DNA of 64,000 bases from a virus: IMG/VR virus record IMGVR_UViG_3300020048_000027, positions 1 to 64,000 of that record; one strand, given 5' to 3'. Shown piece after piece: positions 9,053-18,525 of the stretch. The translations under genes and the position numbers were made by a program. Numbering within the stretch: position 1 is the stretch's first letter; every line of letters starts with the position of its first letter. The notes under the pieces are model-generated. The model did no database searches. It was not told the DNA's origin and was given only the letters and a program-made list of their open reading frames with translations.

Positions 9053-10621
9053 TTACACTGTTTGTAGATCTGATACGAAAATACGACCGTAAAATTCTGG
9101 TCTTAACATTTTCTTCGCATATCTCGTCATAATCCCTTTGCGAGGGGTAAAAGTTTCTGGGTCATATACCAAAGGAGTCATCATTAATGGCACGTAAGGG
9201 GCATAAACAGCTCCTGTTTCCAAGAATTGTGATCCTCTGTATCCCATTAAGATACTATTTTCAGTCATGTAAGGATTTTTGTATACCTTATAACGTCCGT
9301 TCAATTGTCCTACTTTTTGTACACCAAAAGCAAAGTCCATTTTATCACCGTCTGTGTTAGCAGCATATCCAGGAATTGATTCAAGGATTGTAGCTACTGT
9401 TGGAGAACATACTAAGAAGTTAGCTCCACCACGTAAAGTTTTTTGGTGAATTTTGTTAGATACTTTTTGGATTTTAGTTCCTAAAGTTTGGAACCATTGT
9501 CCTTGTGTATTAAAGAAGTCTGAAGTAGCGGTTGACCATTTAGTACCGTTCCAGAATTTATTGTTAACTGCTGACCATTTTTCAGTTGTAGCAGCATCTT
9601 GAATTAACATATCCAAAATCTCTAAATCAATCTCCATAGAGATGTACTCAGATAATAGTGAAGTTAATTCTGCTTCTGCATCAATTGATTGGTAAGCGTT
9701 TAAATCTTGAGCAAACTCTGGAGTCCACTGAGCTTTCAACTTTCTAGTTTTAGCTATAATAGATTCAGATGCTAATTCAACGTTAATTTCTGGAATTACG
9801 ATTGATCCTCCTGGATTATCTTCAAAGTCTCCTCTTGAGTTATCTTTTGGCTGTAAGTGGTAAAGTACTGAACCGCTTAATACAGTTCCTACTATTCCAG
9901 TTTTTTTAACTACAAAAGTAACTACGTTTCCAGATACTGTTGTTAAGTCTGGGTTAGATGTTACGTCAGTAGATCCTGATAAGATTCTAAAAGCTCTTAC
10001 ACCTTCTGCATCAAATCCTGTGTTTATTAAATCTTTTTCAAATCTTAAGTATGCAGAAGGAAGAGTTCCGTCTTGATACGCAATAGAAGCAGATGTTGCA
10101 GCTGTACCTGATGCAGCAATAGATGCTGTAACTTCATTAATAGAGTATCCAAATTGACCTGCTCCATATAATCCTCCTGATACTTCTTCATCAACAGACA
10201 TTTTATTTGCAGCTGTAGATACATTACCATACATGTTTTCTGATGCTGTACGTCCGTTTACTCCTGTTCCGTATTTAAAGTCTAAGTAAAATACAAGACC
10301 TGAAGGTAAGCTCATCGGCTGAACAGATACAAAATCTTTTGCTGAAATTTGAGCGAATACTTTACGTACTAATGGTAAAGCAACTCCTGCCCACTGTTCA
10401 CCAGCTCCTGCTGAGAAGCTAGCTCCTGTTCCTGTGTTTGATTGTTCTGATACAATCTGTTTTGCTTGATTCTCAAGAATCATAGCCATGTTATTTCTGT
10501 CTACATCTTTAGTAATGTTTTCTAGTAGTCCAGATTTTTCCCATTTCGAGGCTAAACGAACAGCATCAGCTTGTAAGCTTTTGTAGTTGTTTGCACTTTC
10601 TAATAATTGATTTACTTCCAT
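9053..10621 (-). CDS. gp23: major capsid protein (T4 gp23-like)
   Basis: ILENQ, VQPMSLPSGLVFYL, AKTRKLKAQWTPEFAQDL, YAPYVPL, DPETFTPRKGIMTRY. Confidence 0.97.
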   Translation of the reverse strand: MEVNQLLESANNYKSLQADAVRLASKWEKSGLLENITKDVDRNNMAMILENQAKQIVSEQSNTGTGASFSAGAGEQWAGVALPLVRKVFAQISAKDFVSVQPMSLPSGLVFYLDFKYGTGVNGRTASENMYGNVSTAANKMSVDEEVSGGLYGAGQFGYSINEVTASIAASGTAATSASIAYQDGTLPSAYLRFEKDLINTGFDAEGVRAFRILSGSTDVTSNPDLTTVSGNVVTFVVKKTGIVGTVLSGSVLYHLQPKDNSRGDFEDNPGGSIVIPEINVELASESIIAKTRKLKAQWTPEFAQDLNAYQSIDAEAELTSLLSEYISMEIDLEILDMLIQDAATTEKWSAVNNKFWNGTKWSTATSDFFNTQGQWFQTLGTKIQKVSNKIHQKTLRGGANFLVCSPTVATILESIPGYAANTDGDKMDFAFGVQKVGQLNGRYKVYKNPYMTENSILMGYRGSQFLETGAVYAPYVPLMMTPLVYDPETFTPRKGIMTRYAKKMLRPEFYGRIFVSDLQTV

Positions 10622-10645
10622 AATTGGTTATAAGTTGTTTGTTTT

Positions 10646-11707
10646 TTATTTTATAATTCCTGCTAATTTTTGCATTCTAAGTACAGCTGCAGATTCCGCT
10701 ATAATTTCCGGTCTTTTTGCAGTTACTCCTGTTGCTTTGGATGCTCCTCCTAGTAATCCTTCTTTTACTAACCTTTTTCCTGTACTTTCTTCGGATTTGT
10801 ATTTTAATCCGCTTTTAGATACTGTCTCAAATACTAGCTTAACTTCTTTCACTGTTTCCGCTTTGTCAAAAGCAGTGATTATGTTCACTTTTTGTGATTC
10901 GCTTAGTTGATTTGCTTTAAAGATCCTATTTACGTAAAGTAACTTCGCATTAAGTAAGTTTGTTTTTTTAGACTCTTCTGTAAGAGTTCTAATAGTTTTA
11001 AGTGCTTCAGCTAATTCCTTAGATGTTTTACTTTCTTCCATACGTCTTACGCTTGCATTATCTGCAGCTAAATCTTGCATGAATTTCAAGGCTTTTGCAT
11101 GAGCTGCTTTACCTTTTTTAGCTATTAAACTAGCTAATCTAATTAAATCATTGTCGTCTGTAAGATCACCTACTCCGTACCCTGGTCTGTCTTCCTCTAT
11201 TGGATCTTTTCCCATTTCTGATAGTTCAGAAAGAAGTTCGTCTAAGTCAATTTCTTCTTCGTCCTCAGCTCCGATCATATCGTCTGCTGGTAACTCATCT
11301 CCCATTTCTTCTTCTTCTTCTTCCGGTGCTTCTTCTTGTGTAATTAGATCTTTAATAAGGTTTTTTAAATCCCCCATAGTCATAGACTCAAAATCGATAG
11401 GTTCATCTTCTAATTCCTCCTCAGATTGTTCTGAGTCTTCGGAACCTTCTTCTCCCTCTAAATTTTCTAAATCTTCTTCTTCGATAGTTATTGATTTTGG
11501 TGGGTTTGGTAATTGGTTTTTGTCTTGACTACCCATTGTATAATCAACATCTTCTTCTTCTTCCATTTCTTGAAGTTTTGCAGCTAGCATGTTTTTCAAG
11601 TGTGGTGTTAAAGTTTCCTCTAGTGCTGTTTTTGCATTTGCAATTGCAGCTTCACGGATTGACTTAGCTTCGGCAATAGCTTGCTTGAATAAATCTTTGT
11701 TTGTCAT
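10646..11707 (-). CDS. prohead scaffold/core protein (gp22-like)
   Basis: Acidic coiled-coil protein directly upstream of the capsid gene; many L/I-x-E sites. Confidence 0.75.
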   Translation of the reverse strand: MTNKDLFKQAIAEAKSIREAAIANAKTALEETLTPHLKNMLAAKLQEMEEEEDVDYTMGSQDKNQLPNPPKSITIEEEDLENLEGEEGSEDSEQSEEELEDEPIDFESMTMGDLKNLIKDLITQEEAPEEEEEEMGDELPADDMIGAEDEEEIDLDELLSELSEMGKDPIEEDRPGYGVGDLTDDNDLIRLASLIAKKGKAAHAKALKFMQDLAADNASVRRMEESKTSKELAEALKTIRTLTEESKKTNLLNAKLLYVNRIFKANQLSESQKVNIITAFDKAETVKEVKLVFETVSKSGLKYKSEESTGKRLVKEGLLGGASKATGVTAKRPEIIAESAAVLRMQKLAGIIK

Positions 11708-11728
11708 TTAATTAATTTTTTTTGGTTC

Positions 11729-11809
11729 TCTACGATTATTTGAATCGTAATTGGAAAGTTTAATTTGCGTAAATACTGTATAAGTAACAGTATATTTTTA
11801 TTATAAATA
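11729..11809 (-). promoter_or_regulatory. late promoter (11802-11809) plus two 5'-UTR hairpins of the scaffold/capsid operon
   Basis: TATTTATA, then TACTGT..ACAGTA and TACGATT-caaat-AATCGTA stems. Confidence 0.55.
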
Positions 11810-11821
11810 CACTACTTTTAT

Positions 11822-11862
11822 AAAAACAAAGAAACCCCTACATTTCTGTAGAGGAGTCTTTC
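11822..11862 (-). terminator. intrinsic terminator
   Basis: CCTCTACA-GAAA-TGTAGGGG then TTTCTTTGTTTTT. Confidence 0.7.
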
Positions 11863-11908
11863 TCTGCCTTCGGTAGCGTCCGAGGAATTATCTTTACTCT
11901 CTGTCGTC
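11822..11908 (-). ncRNA. candidate late small RNA (about 85 nt)
   Basis: Own TATTTATA (11909-11916), GC-rich hairpin CCTCGG-acgcta-CCGA(A)GG, own terminator, no ORF. Confidence 0.4.
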
Positions 11909-11966
11909 TATAAATATTCCTATTGATTCTAGTTCATTAGGATTGTGACTACTTATTAACCGTTTT

Positions 11967-12740
11967 TTAATCTAATGAATAATTTGCTAATGAATATAGT
12001 GTCATTACATATCCTGTTGCCACATTTTTTACAGTTGCCGATTTATTATCCGATGATAGTACTATATAAGTCTTTCCACTCCTAAATTTATTGGATAACT
12101 TACTACCTGGTCTTATATCATCAAAGTTGATTTTCTGCCGGAAACCGGGTGCTTCGTTCAATGGGTTCTCTAGTTCCTCAAGTGAATCTTCTACTTTTAA
12201 TATTTCCTGGGGTTTAAATTGAGATAAAAATTCTCTTGGAGAAGTTTCCATTGAACCATCTTTACCAGAAATATCATTACCATTTATTGTAAAAAACAAC
12301 CCTTTTTTACCTTTATACTCATCATCCCAATTCATATCTATAGCGAAATAATCACCATCTGGGAGGTCTAAAACTCTAAAAGAATTTTCTTCAATTTCTT
12401 CATCATCTAACCTTTCCTCTAAATTAACCGTACCTTCTATTTCTTCCAAGAATCTTTGTATTCTTCGGTCCGATTCCATGTCTTTATTAAGAATTGTAAC
12501 AGCATTTGGAAAATCATCTCCTCTTCCAAAATGCCACTCATAGTCTACATCTTCTTCATAATTTTTAAAACCGTATCTCTGTTGTAAGGTTTCTTCAAAC
12601 TCTTCCATATTCATACCGAAACTATTTGCCATATCATCGCTAATAGTGTAAGTAGTCGTTTTCTCCTCTTTTATAAGTTTAGAAACCCTAGTAAGCTTAT
12701 TTTCTGTTAAAAAATTTCTTAAGTTAAAAGTACTGTTCAT
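11967..12740 (-). CDS. putative internal head (cargo) protein with FxLxxFLxENK leader
   Basis: MNSTFNLRNFLTENKLTRVSKLIKEE; segments separated by LEE/IEE/LNE sites. Confidence 0.65.
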   Translation of the reverse strand: MNSTFNLRNFLTENKLTRVSKLIKEEKTTTYTISDDMANSFGMNMEEFEETLQQRYGFKNYEEDVDYEWHFGRGDDFPNAVTILNKDMESDRRIQRFLEEIEGTVNLEERLDDEEIEENSFRVLDLPDGDYFAIDMNWDDEYKGKKGLFFTINGNDISGKDGSMETSPREFLSQFKPQEILKVEDSLEELENPLNEAPGFRQKINFDDIRPGSKLSNKFRSGKTYIVLSSDNKSATVKNVATGYVMTLYSLANYSLD

Positions 12741-12758
12741 TTTTATAATTGTTTACTG

Positions 12759-13337
12759 TTATACTCTTAATATATCGTTAATAATGTTGTGGACTTTTCC
12801 GTACTTACTTTCTTCTTGCTTTCCTTCATTTAGTGATATAGCAGTCATAAAAGCTCCTTGTGTTGAAGGATTTGATACAAAATCCCATGCACTTAGTTCA
12901 AAGTCATCTTGAACTTCTAAAGTTCCTTCATTTGTCTGTTGAACTGATCCGGTTCCTCTTGAGGAGATTCCGATTGTATGTCCTGCTTTGACTATCTCTT
13001 TAACAATATTTCCAGAAGGGGTGTTAAGTAGCTCAATTACACCTCTTAGCTCATCTCCTTCCCACCATAATTTTTTTATTACGTGAGATGCATTCTTAAG
13101 AGAGACTATTATCGAGTCTGGGTGATCTAGTTCTCCGTAGGCATTCCCTACTTTTACAAAATTCTGTTCGTAAAGTTTAACTTCTCTTTCCAATATTTCT
13201 TTTGCGTAAACTCTACCATTCTGGTTTTTAGCTCCAGCTCTTTGTAATATTCCCTCTACTTCAAAGACTCCAGGTTTTTCTCTGGATTCTCTGAGTAAGG
13301 ATCTGAAAGGTGTTACCTCTACTAATAGTTCTTTCAT
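12759..13337 (-). CDS. gp21: prohead protease (T4 gp21-like)
   Basis: NQNGRVY, GELDHP, SHVI, GISSRGTGS, DFVSNPS motifs. Confidence 0.95.
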   Translation of the reverse strand: MKELLVEVTPFRSLLRESREKPGVFEVEGILQRAGAKNQNGRVYAKEILEREVKLYEQNFVKVGNAYGELDHPDSIIVSLKNASHVIKKLWWEGDELRGVIELLNTPSGNIVKEIVKAGHTIGISSRGTGSVQQTNEGTLEVQDDFELSAWDFVSNPSTQGAFMTAISLNEGKQEESKYGKVHNIINDILRV

Positions 13338-13339
13338 GT

Positions 13340-13570
13340 TTAGTTTCCTGTTCGGTTTTTAATTCCAGTGTATGCACTGTACAAATGTTCAGAAATACTT
13401 AACGCATCCATATTTGTAAGTACAGGAGCTGCTCTTTTAAAATACTTCGCTAAATCCAGTAAGAAAGCTTCCATTTCATCTGCGCTAAACTCAGTAACGT
13501 CCGACATTGTTTCTTTAGCTCCCTCGAAAAGATTTTGTCTTCTCCACCTGTGTATATTAAAATCTTCCAT
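13340..13570 (-). CDS. hypothetical head-region protein
   Basis: MEDFNIHRWRRQNLFEG leader resembling the DNF(N/D)L family. Confidence 0.6.
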   Translation of the reverse strand: MEDFNIHRWRRQNLFEGAKETMSDVTEFSADEMEAFLLDLAKYFKRAAPVLTNMDALSISEHLYSAYTGIKNRTGN

Positions 13571-15451
13571 TTACTTTTTTTTATTTGTATATTTGGTACT
13601 TTTTGTTTTTCCTTCATTCATTGAAAAAGATGTTCCAGCAGTTTCACTTGGATCAAACCCTAGTTTTTCTAATTCCTCAGGTGATATTCTTTTACTCTTA
13701 GGCAGTTCAATTGTCATATACTTATCTAGTACAGGTTTTAGATCATTTTTAAAAGCTTTGGATACTGCTGGAGCCATAAAAGATCCTATTGTTGTGTACA
13801 CTCCTTCAATTCCTTCTCTTGCTTCTAAATAAGTCTTCTCTATCTTTGCAATATAGTCCGCTAGGGAAGTTGCTCCTTTTCTAATACGTGATGCAAGATC
13901 TTCATTTGCATCATTCTCGTAATTTATAAATCTTTCTAAGTTCTCTGCTTTAGCTTCCTTAAGCATTTTCTTATCCTCTGTAAGTATGTTTGTAATTAGT
14001 TTCTTAAAGGTTTCTTTTAATTGCTCTTCTTTACTTCCCTCGTTTAATCCCTGTTCTTTATTTTTCTTTGCTGCGTATGCTTGTGCATCTTTTTTTTCAG
14101 CAAATCCTTTCACTCTAATTTCTCCTTCCCATACTGCCCAAGGTTCCTTTTTATTTTTACAAGGGCGTACTATATACTTATCGTTCGTATTACCTGAGTG
14201 ACTTTCATTTACTCCTTCCCAGTCTTGGCTTCTCAGTACTTGCATTAAAGCGAAGACAGCATCTTGTGTTGAATAATTATACCTACTAGCTAATCCCCCT
14301 ATAAATCTATTTACAAGTTTAGTTACTTCTGGATTAATATTTTCATTTAATTTAGATTCATTTTCTTCTTCATAATCTAGAAAATCAGTACTAGTTTCAC
14401 CTTTATCTACTCTAGGTTCGTAGTCTCTTCCAGGTTCATATCTTCCGTCACTAAAACCTTCTTCTACGTCTACTTCTAAAAGCTCTCCTGAGAGGTAGTT
14501 GATTAGATCTTTCTTAGCGTGGGGTACCATGCCAGGTTCTGTCATTTCACCATTCTTCCATTCATCCCAGACTACTAATAAATGTTTAATAGCCTTGTTC
14601 AATCTCGGTCCCATTGACTCTACATACCCTCCTGTGTCGTAATCATTCTCTGTTACAACTTTTCCGCCTTTCATTTTAGCTCTTCTACCTTCTTCTAAAG
14701 TTAATTGATCTACTTGCAATGCACCTTCTTCACCATCAAGGTAATCATATGCTCCTTGTAGTTTATCCTTAGCACTACTTATTTTAGCCTGCCACCAATC
14801 TGGGAAGTCTACCTCAGAGGACATTTTATCGTACTTATCTAACTTCTTATATAACATTACTGCTAATTTAGCAGCTCTATATGCTTTCTTTTTCAACATA
14901 GCCGGTTCATTATCTTGATGTCCTACATCTAAATCTCCTACACTGTAGTCGCTTTCGTTAACCGTCTCAGTGTTTTTCTTTTTAACTACTGCTTCCTTTT
15001 TTAGATCTGCTTTCTTTAAGCCGTTGAAAGTATCTACTGTATTTTTTGATGTTGCTGCTGTAAGTTTATCGTGCTTATCTACTTTTTTAGATTCTCCTGC
15101 AATATCGTTAATATAAAAATTAGGATCTTTCTTAAGATTTTTTAATGCTTTGTCTTTAGCTTTGTTAAAGTCTTCTTGTGAAATAGTCTCTTGTGACATT
15201 AGTCCAGCTTTCTCTAATTCGATATCTATTCCTTGCTCCATTGCACCCATTGAAAACTTATCTATGTTTGCTTCTGGTTCTGATACCTTCTCTGATAACA
15301 TACCTTTACCTCTAAGTATTGATACTGTATCATCATACCCGTTAAATTGAGTAATTAAATTAGGAAGCCCTAATCTGGCATCTCTTACAAATTGTGATTT
15401 TGAGAATGCTCCTTCTTGTATGGCGTTATATTTTTCCTGTAATGTTTTCAT
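13571..15451 (-). CDS. multi-module internal head protein (putative polyprotein)
   Basis: MKTLQEKYNAIQE start resembles T4 capsid-targeting leaders; DUF5661-like GIDIELE...KNLKKDPNFY; about 10 (L/V/M)-x-E sites between modules. Confidence 0.6.
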   Translation of the reverse strand: MKTLQEKYNAIQEGAFSKSQFVRDARLGLPNLITQFNGYDDTVSILRGKGMLSEKVSEPEANIDKFSMGAMEQGIDIELEKAGLMSQETISQEDFNKAKDKALKNLKKDPNFYINDIAGESKKVDKHDKLTAATSKNTVDTFNGLKKADLKKEAVVKKKNTETVNESDYSVGDLDVGHQDNEPAMLKKKAYRAAKLAVMLYKKLDKYDKMSSEVDFPDWWQAKISSAKDKLQGAYDYLDGEEGALQVDQLTLEEGRRAKMKGGKVVTENDYDTGGYVESMGPRLNKAIKHLLVVWDEWKNGEMTEPGMVPHAKKDLINYLSGELLEVDVEEGFSDGRYEPGRDYEPRVDKGETSTDFLDYEEENESKLNENINPEVTKLVNRFIGGLASRYNYSTQDAVFALMQVLRSQDWEGVNESHSGNTNDKYIVRPCKNKKEPWAVWEGEIRVKGFAEKKDAQAYAAKKNKEQGLNEGSKEEQLKETFKKLITNILTEDKKMLKEAKAENLERFINYENDANEDLASRIRKGATSLADYIAKIEKTYLEAREGIEGVYTTIGSFMAPAVSKAFKNDLKPVLDKYMTIELPKSKRISPEELEKLGFDPSETAGTSFSMNEGKTKSTKYTNKKK

Positions 15452-15456
15452 TTAAC

Positions 15457-15654
15457 TTATTTTACTGTTTTATATCCTAATTTCTTTAAATTTTCTGTAG
15501 CTCTATTAGTTTTTTTCTTACTAAAAGCTTTCGGTGTTGCATACTGTGCTCCTTGACCGGCTGTAAAACTTGCACCGCCGACATTAGTTGCGCTCATTTC
15601 ATTTAACTCCTGTAATACTTCCTTTATAATGCTTTTTAATTCACCTATCTTCAT
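15457..15654 (-). CDS. small head-region protein
   Basis: MKIGELKSIIKEVLQELNE leader then MSAT...YATPKAF. Confidence 0.65.
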   Translation of the reverse strand: MKIGELKSIIKEVLQELNEMSATNVGGASFTAGQGAQYATPKAFSKKKTNRATENLKKLGYKTVK

Positions 15655-16505
15655 ACTGCTCTCAGTTCTTTTACCAGTTCGTAATACTGTAGGATATCTA
15701 CAAGGTGTTCATCAGTTACTCTTTGAGTTTTGCTTACGTTAGGTATTCCCTTAAGTACTTCCTCTAACTTAATCTTAATAATAGTATCTTGTACGGTTTC
15801 TTTAAGTTCCGTAATTGTTACTTTTAATTTTTTAAATTCTTCATTAACTACTGTTCGCAGTCTTGTAGAAGAATCTACTGATGTTATAAATTCCCTAAGT
15901 GTGTTTTTCTGCTCTGGCAGTAAGTCGTTATACTTGCTATTAAACTTCTCTAATAGGATTTTAAAGGCTAGTAACTTTAGATCTTTATCGTATTTCGAAT
16001 ACTCCTCAATTAACGTATCTTTTACTTTGTCTTTATCCTGAGTAGTTGCTGTAAGGTGTTCTAAGACTGTTGTCTTATTTAGTATAAGAAAGTTTGGATC
16101 AACTACATCTACTGCTCTATGTGCTTCTAATAAGCAATATAACGCTGCTAGGGGTTTATATGTTTCAACTTTTATAGAGAAAAAATCCTCTATATTATAG
16201 TTTTTACTTATTTGCTCAATTAATCTATATTTTTGAGACTTTAATAGTTGGCTATCTATGTTTCGTGATACCTCTATTATTGTTGATACGATTGCTTCAG
16301 CTTTAATTTGAGAAACTCTTCTATTCTTAGATACAAGTTCATAAAGTCCAAATTCTCTAACGAGGGCTGTTCTACCTGTAAAGTGTTCTTTAATTATAGC
16401 TACTGCAGGAGATTCTTTCTTATTCAGTACATCTGAAGCTATTTGCTTTACTAGTAGTTCAAATATTAATCCTGTATTTTTATACTTCGAGTGTCGAATC
16501 TTCAT
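15651..16505 (-). CDS. helical head-assembly (prohead core-like) protein
   Basis: Directly downstream of the portal gene; all-alpha character; function inferred from position only. Confidence 0.55.
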   Translation of the reverse strand: MKIRHSKYKNTGLIFELLVKQIASDVLNKKESPAVAIIKEHFTGRTALVREFGLYELVSKNRRVSQIKAEAIVSTIIEVSRNIDSQLLKSQKYRLIEQISKNYNIEDFFSIKVETYKPLAALYCLLEAHRAVDVVDPNFLILNKTTVLEHLTATTQDKDKVKDTLIEEYSKYDKDLKLLAFKILLEKFNSKYNDLLPEQKNTLREFITSVDSSTRLRTVVNEEFKKLKVTITELKETVQDTIIKIKLEEVLKGIPNVSKTQRVTDEHLVDILQYYELVKELRAV

Positions 16506-16559
16506 TGGTTTTATATTATTTTACGGCAGGTGTCAGATACCCTTTCAAATAAATAGTAT

Positions 16560-18497
16560 TTAATTATCTAAATCCTTTATTTGATTTTCATTTAATAGTA
16601 TCTCAATTTCTTCTTCTTTTTTCTCGAAGATGTTCTGTTTATTGTTGGGTACTCCTATTTGAGCAAGTTGATGCATTGCTTGAGATGCTGTGCTTGGCTT
16701 TCCTTTATCACTACCTTCTTGCACATTCTCATTATCGCTTGGATATCCCCCTTTCATACCTTCTTTGCCAAGTGGGTCTCTTCCTCCAACTCCTGAGTTT
16801 GTACCATATCTTGACATATGTTCTTTTGGTCTTCCTCCCTCAGGTCCCGGTTTCCCGTGTTTTGAAGCTGTTAAAGGAGATGGATGATCTTCATAGCCGG
16901 CTGGTACTTCTCCGAAGTCAGGTCCTTTTTCTCCGTTTCCTTGTCTCCTTCCGTAAAGTGTTGCTAAATCGTGAGGTGTTCCATAAGATTTTCCTGATTT
17001 AGAAGGGTCATTTCCTTCGTTCTCTATTTGGGCTAATCTAAAGAGTCTTTTTGCATCTTCAGCAACTAGGTCTCTCATCTCCATATATTTATCTTCTGAT
17101 AGGTTAAAGATGGTATCATAGATATAATCTGTAGAGAATAGCTTAGAGTCCTTCATCTGGTTTGCTAGGTCTATCTTCTCTTTTAGTAATGCGATTTTTT
17201 CTTGTTCAAATATGATAGAAGGAGTTGTTAACTTGATGTCAAAATTTGTTAACGATTCTCCTCTAAATCCCTGTGCGTATAAGTGTACTAGTCCTATCTT
17301 GGTTAGTTCTGATTCTAGGATCCTTTGAACTCTTTCTACAGTTCTTGCAAATCTAATATCTTCTGCTGCTAAAGTTGCCTTACCCGATAGTTCTCCTTCA
17401 AATCCTAAATATGCTTTAGGTATTCTAAGTGCTGCAAATACCTTGGACCTTAGGTACTCAATATCGTTTGTACCGTCATACTCTAATCCTTTAGTTGTTT
17501 CTATTCTAGTTGAAGTATCCCCTCCTCTTACTGGAAGATAGAAGTCCTCCATCATATTCATCATGTTGAACCTTAAGTTATAGTCTCCTGTTTGGGGATC
17601 CATATAAGGTGTTTTTTTCATTGTATTCACAGTCTTTAACATAAACTGCTCAACTTCGGTTGGCGGAATAGACCCTACATTTACATAAAATATTCTCTTT
17701 TCCGGAGCTCTCATAATACGTGAGATAAGCATCGCATCCTCCATTAAGGTAAGTTGCTTATATACTTTTCTTGCAGGTTCTAGATAAGATCTTCCGTATG
17801 GTAAATAATTCGTTGCTGACAGTAATCTGAAGTGAGCTATCTCGTAATTGTCAAACTCTAGGATTCTTTCATTTTTAGTTGCAACATAGTTCCTATCCTG
17901 TGCTGATGCTAATCCATCTGGGTTTAATTCAAAGGTTACTTTCCCTTGTTTTTCCGGATCTTCACCTTCATGTCTCGACATATGGTAAACTGTATAGGGA
18001 AGTACATTGTAGACTCCAAACTCTTCTGCTATCTCTAACTTTAAGAAAAAATCTCCATACTTTACCATTTCACGAGTCCATCCCCAAAGGTTAAACTCTA
18101 TGTTAAGTACATCGTAGTATAGATTATAAAGTATTCTCTGTAAGTTTTCGTCTGAAGATTTTATTGATAGTACTTCTCCTTGATCACTCTTTAGGGTAGC
18201 TTCATCAGCAATAATATCTAATGCAGAAGCTATTATACCATCTGAATCCATTGACTCATAATCTACATAAAGCTGTGATCTTAAAGCTTGGTAGTTTACG
18301 TTTGGATTAAATATATTCTTATTGTTGTATACGTAGAGTCTTGAAAACCTGTCTACAAGTGAATTGGTCTGATATTTACCTGTATTCTGTATATGGTTAA
18401 TATCTGCTACTTTAACTTGATCTCCTCCTACATTCCTAATTATGATATCGGATGAGAATAGTCTGCTAAGTTTTTTAAATAATAAAGTATCTGCCAT
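16560..18497 (-). CDS. gp20: portal protein (T4 gp20-like)
   Basis: LMEDAMLISRIMRAPEKRIFYVNVG, MMEDFYLPVRGG, DIEYLRSKVFAALRIPK, EDIRFARTV. Confidence 0.95.
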   Translation of the reverse strand: MADTLLFKKLSRLFSSDIIIRNVGGDQVKVADINHIQNTGKYQTNSLVDRFSRLYVYNNKNIFNPNVNYQALRSQLYVDYESMDSDGIIASALDIIADEATLKSDQGEVLSIKSSDENLQRILYNLYYDVLNIEFNLWGWTREMVKYGDFFLKLEIAEEFGVYNVLPYTVYHMSRHEGEDPEKQGKVTFELNPDGLASAQDRNYVATKNERILEFDNYEIAHFRLLSATNYLPYGRSYLEPARKVYKQLTLMEDAMLISRIMRAPEKRIFYVNVGSIPPTEVEQFMLKTVNTMKKTPYMDPQTGDYNLRFNMMNMMEDFYLPVRGGDTSTRIETTKGLEYDGTNDIEYLRSKVFAALRIPKAYLGFEGELSGKATLAAEDIRFARTVERVQRILESELTKIGLVHLYAQGFRGESLTNFDIKLTTPSIIFEQEKIALLKEKIDLANQMKDSKLFSTDYIYDTIFNLSEDKYMEMRDLVAEDAKRLFRLAQIENEGNDPSKSGKSYGTPHDLATLYGRRQGNGEKGPDFGEVPAGYEDHPSPLTASKHGKPGPEGGRPKEHMSRYGTNSGVGGRDPLGKEGMKGGYPSDNENVQEGSDKGKPSTASQAMHQLAQIGVPNNKQNIFEKKEEEIEILLNENQIKDLDN

Positions 18498-18512
18498 GTA
18501 TGCTTATTTGTA

Positions 18513-18520
18513 TATAAATA
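18513..18520 (-). promoter_or_regulatory. putative late promoter TATTTATA
   Basis: 16 nt upstream of the portal ATG. Confidence 0.65.
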
Positions 18521-18525
18521 TTATC

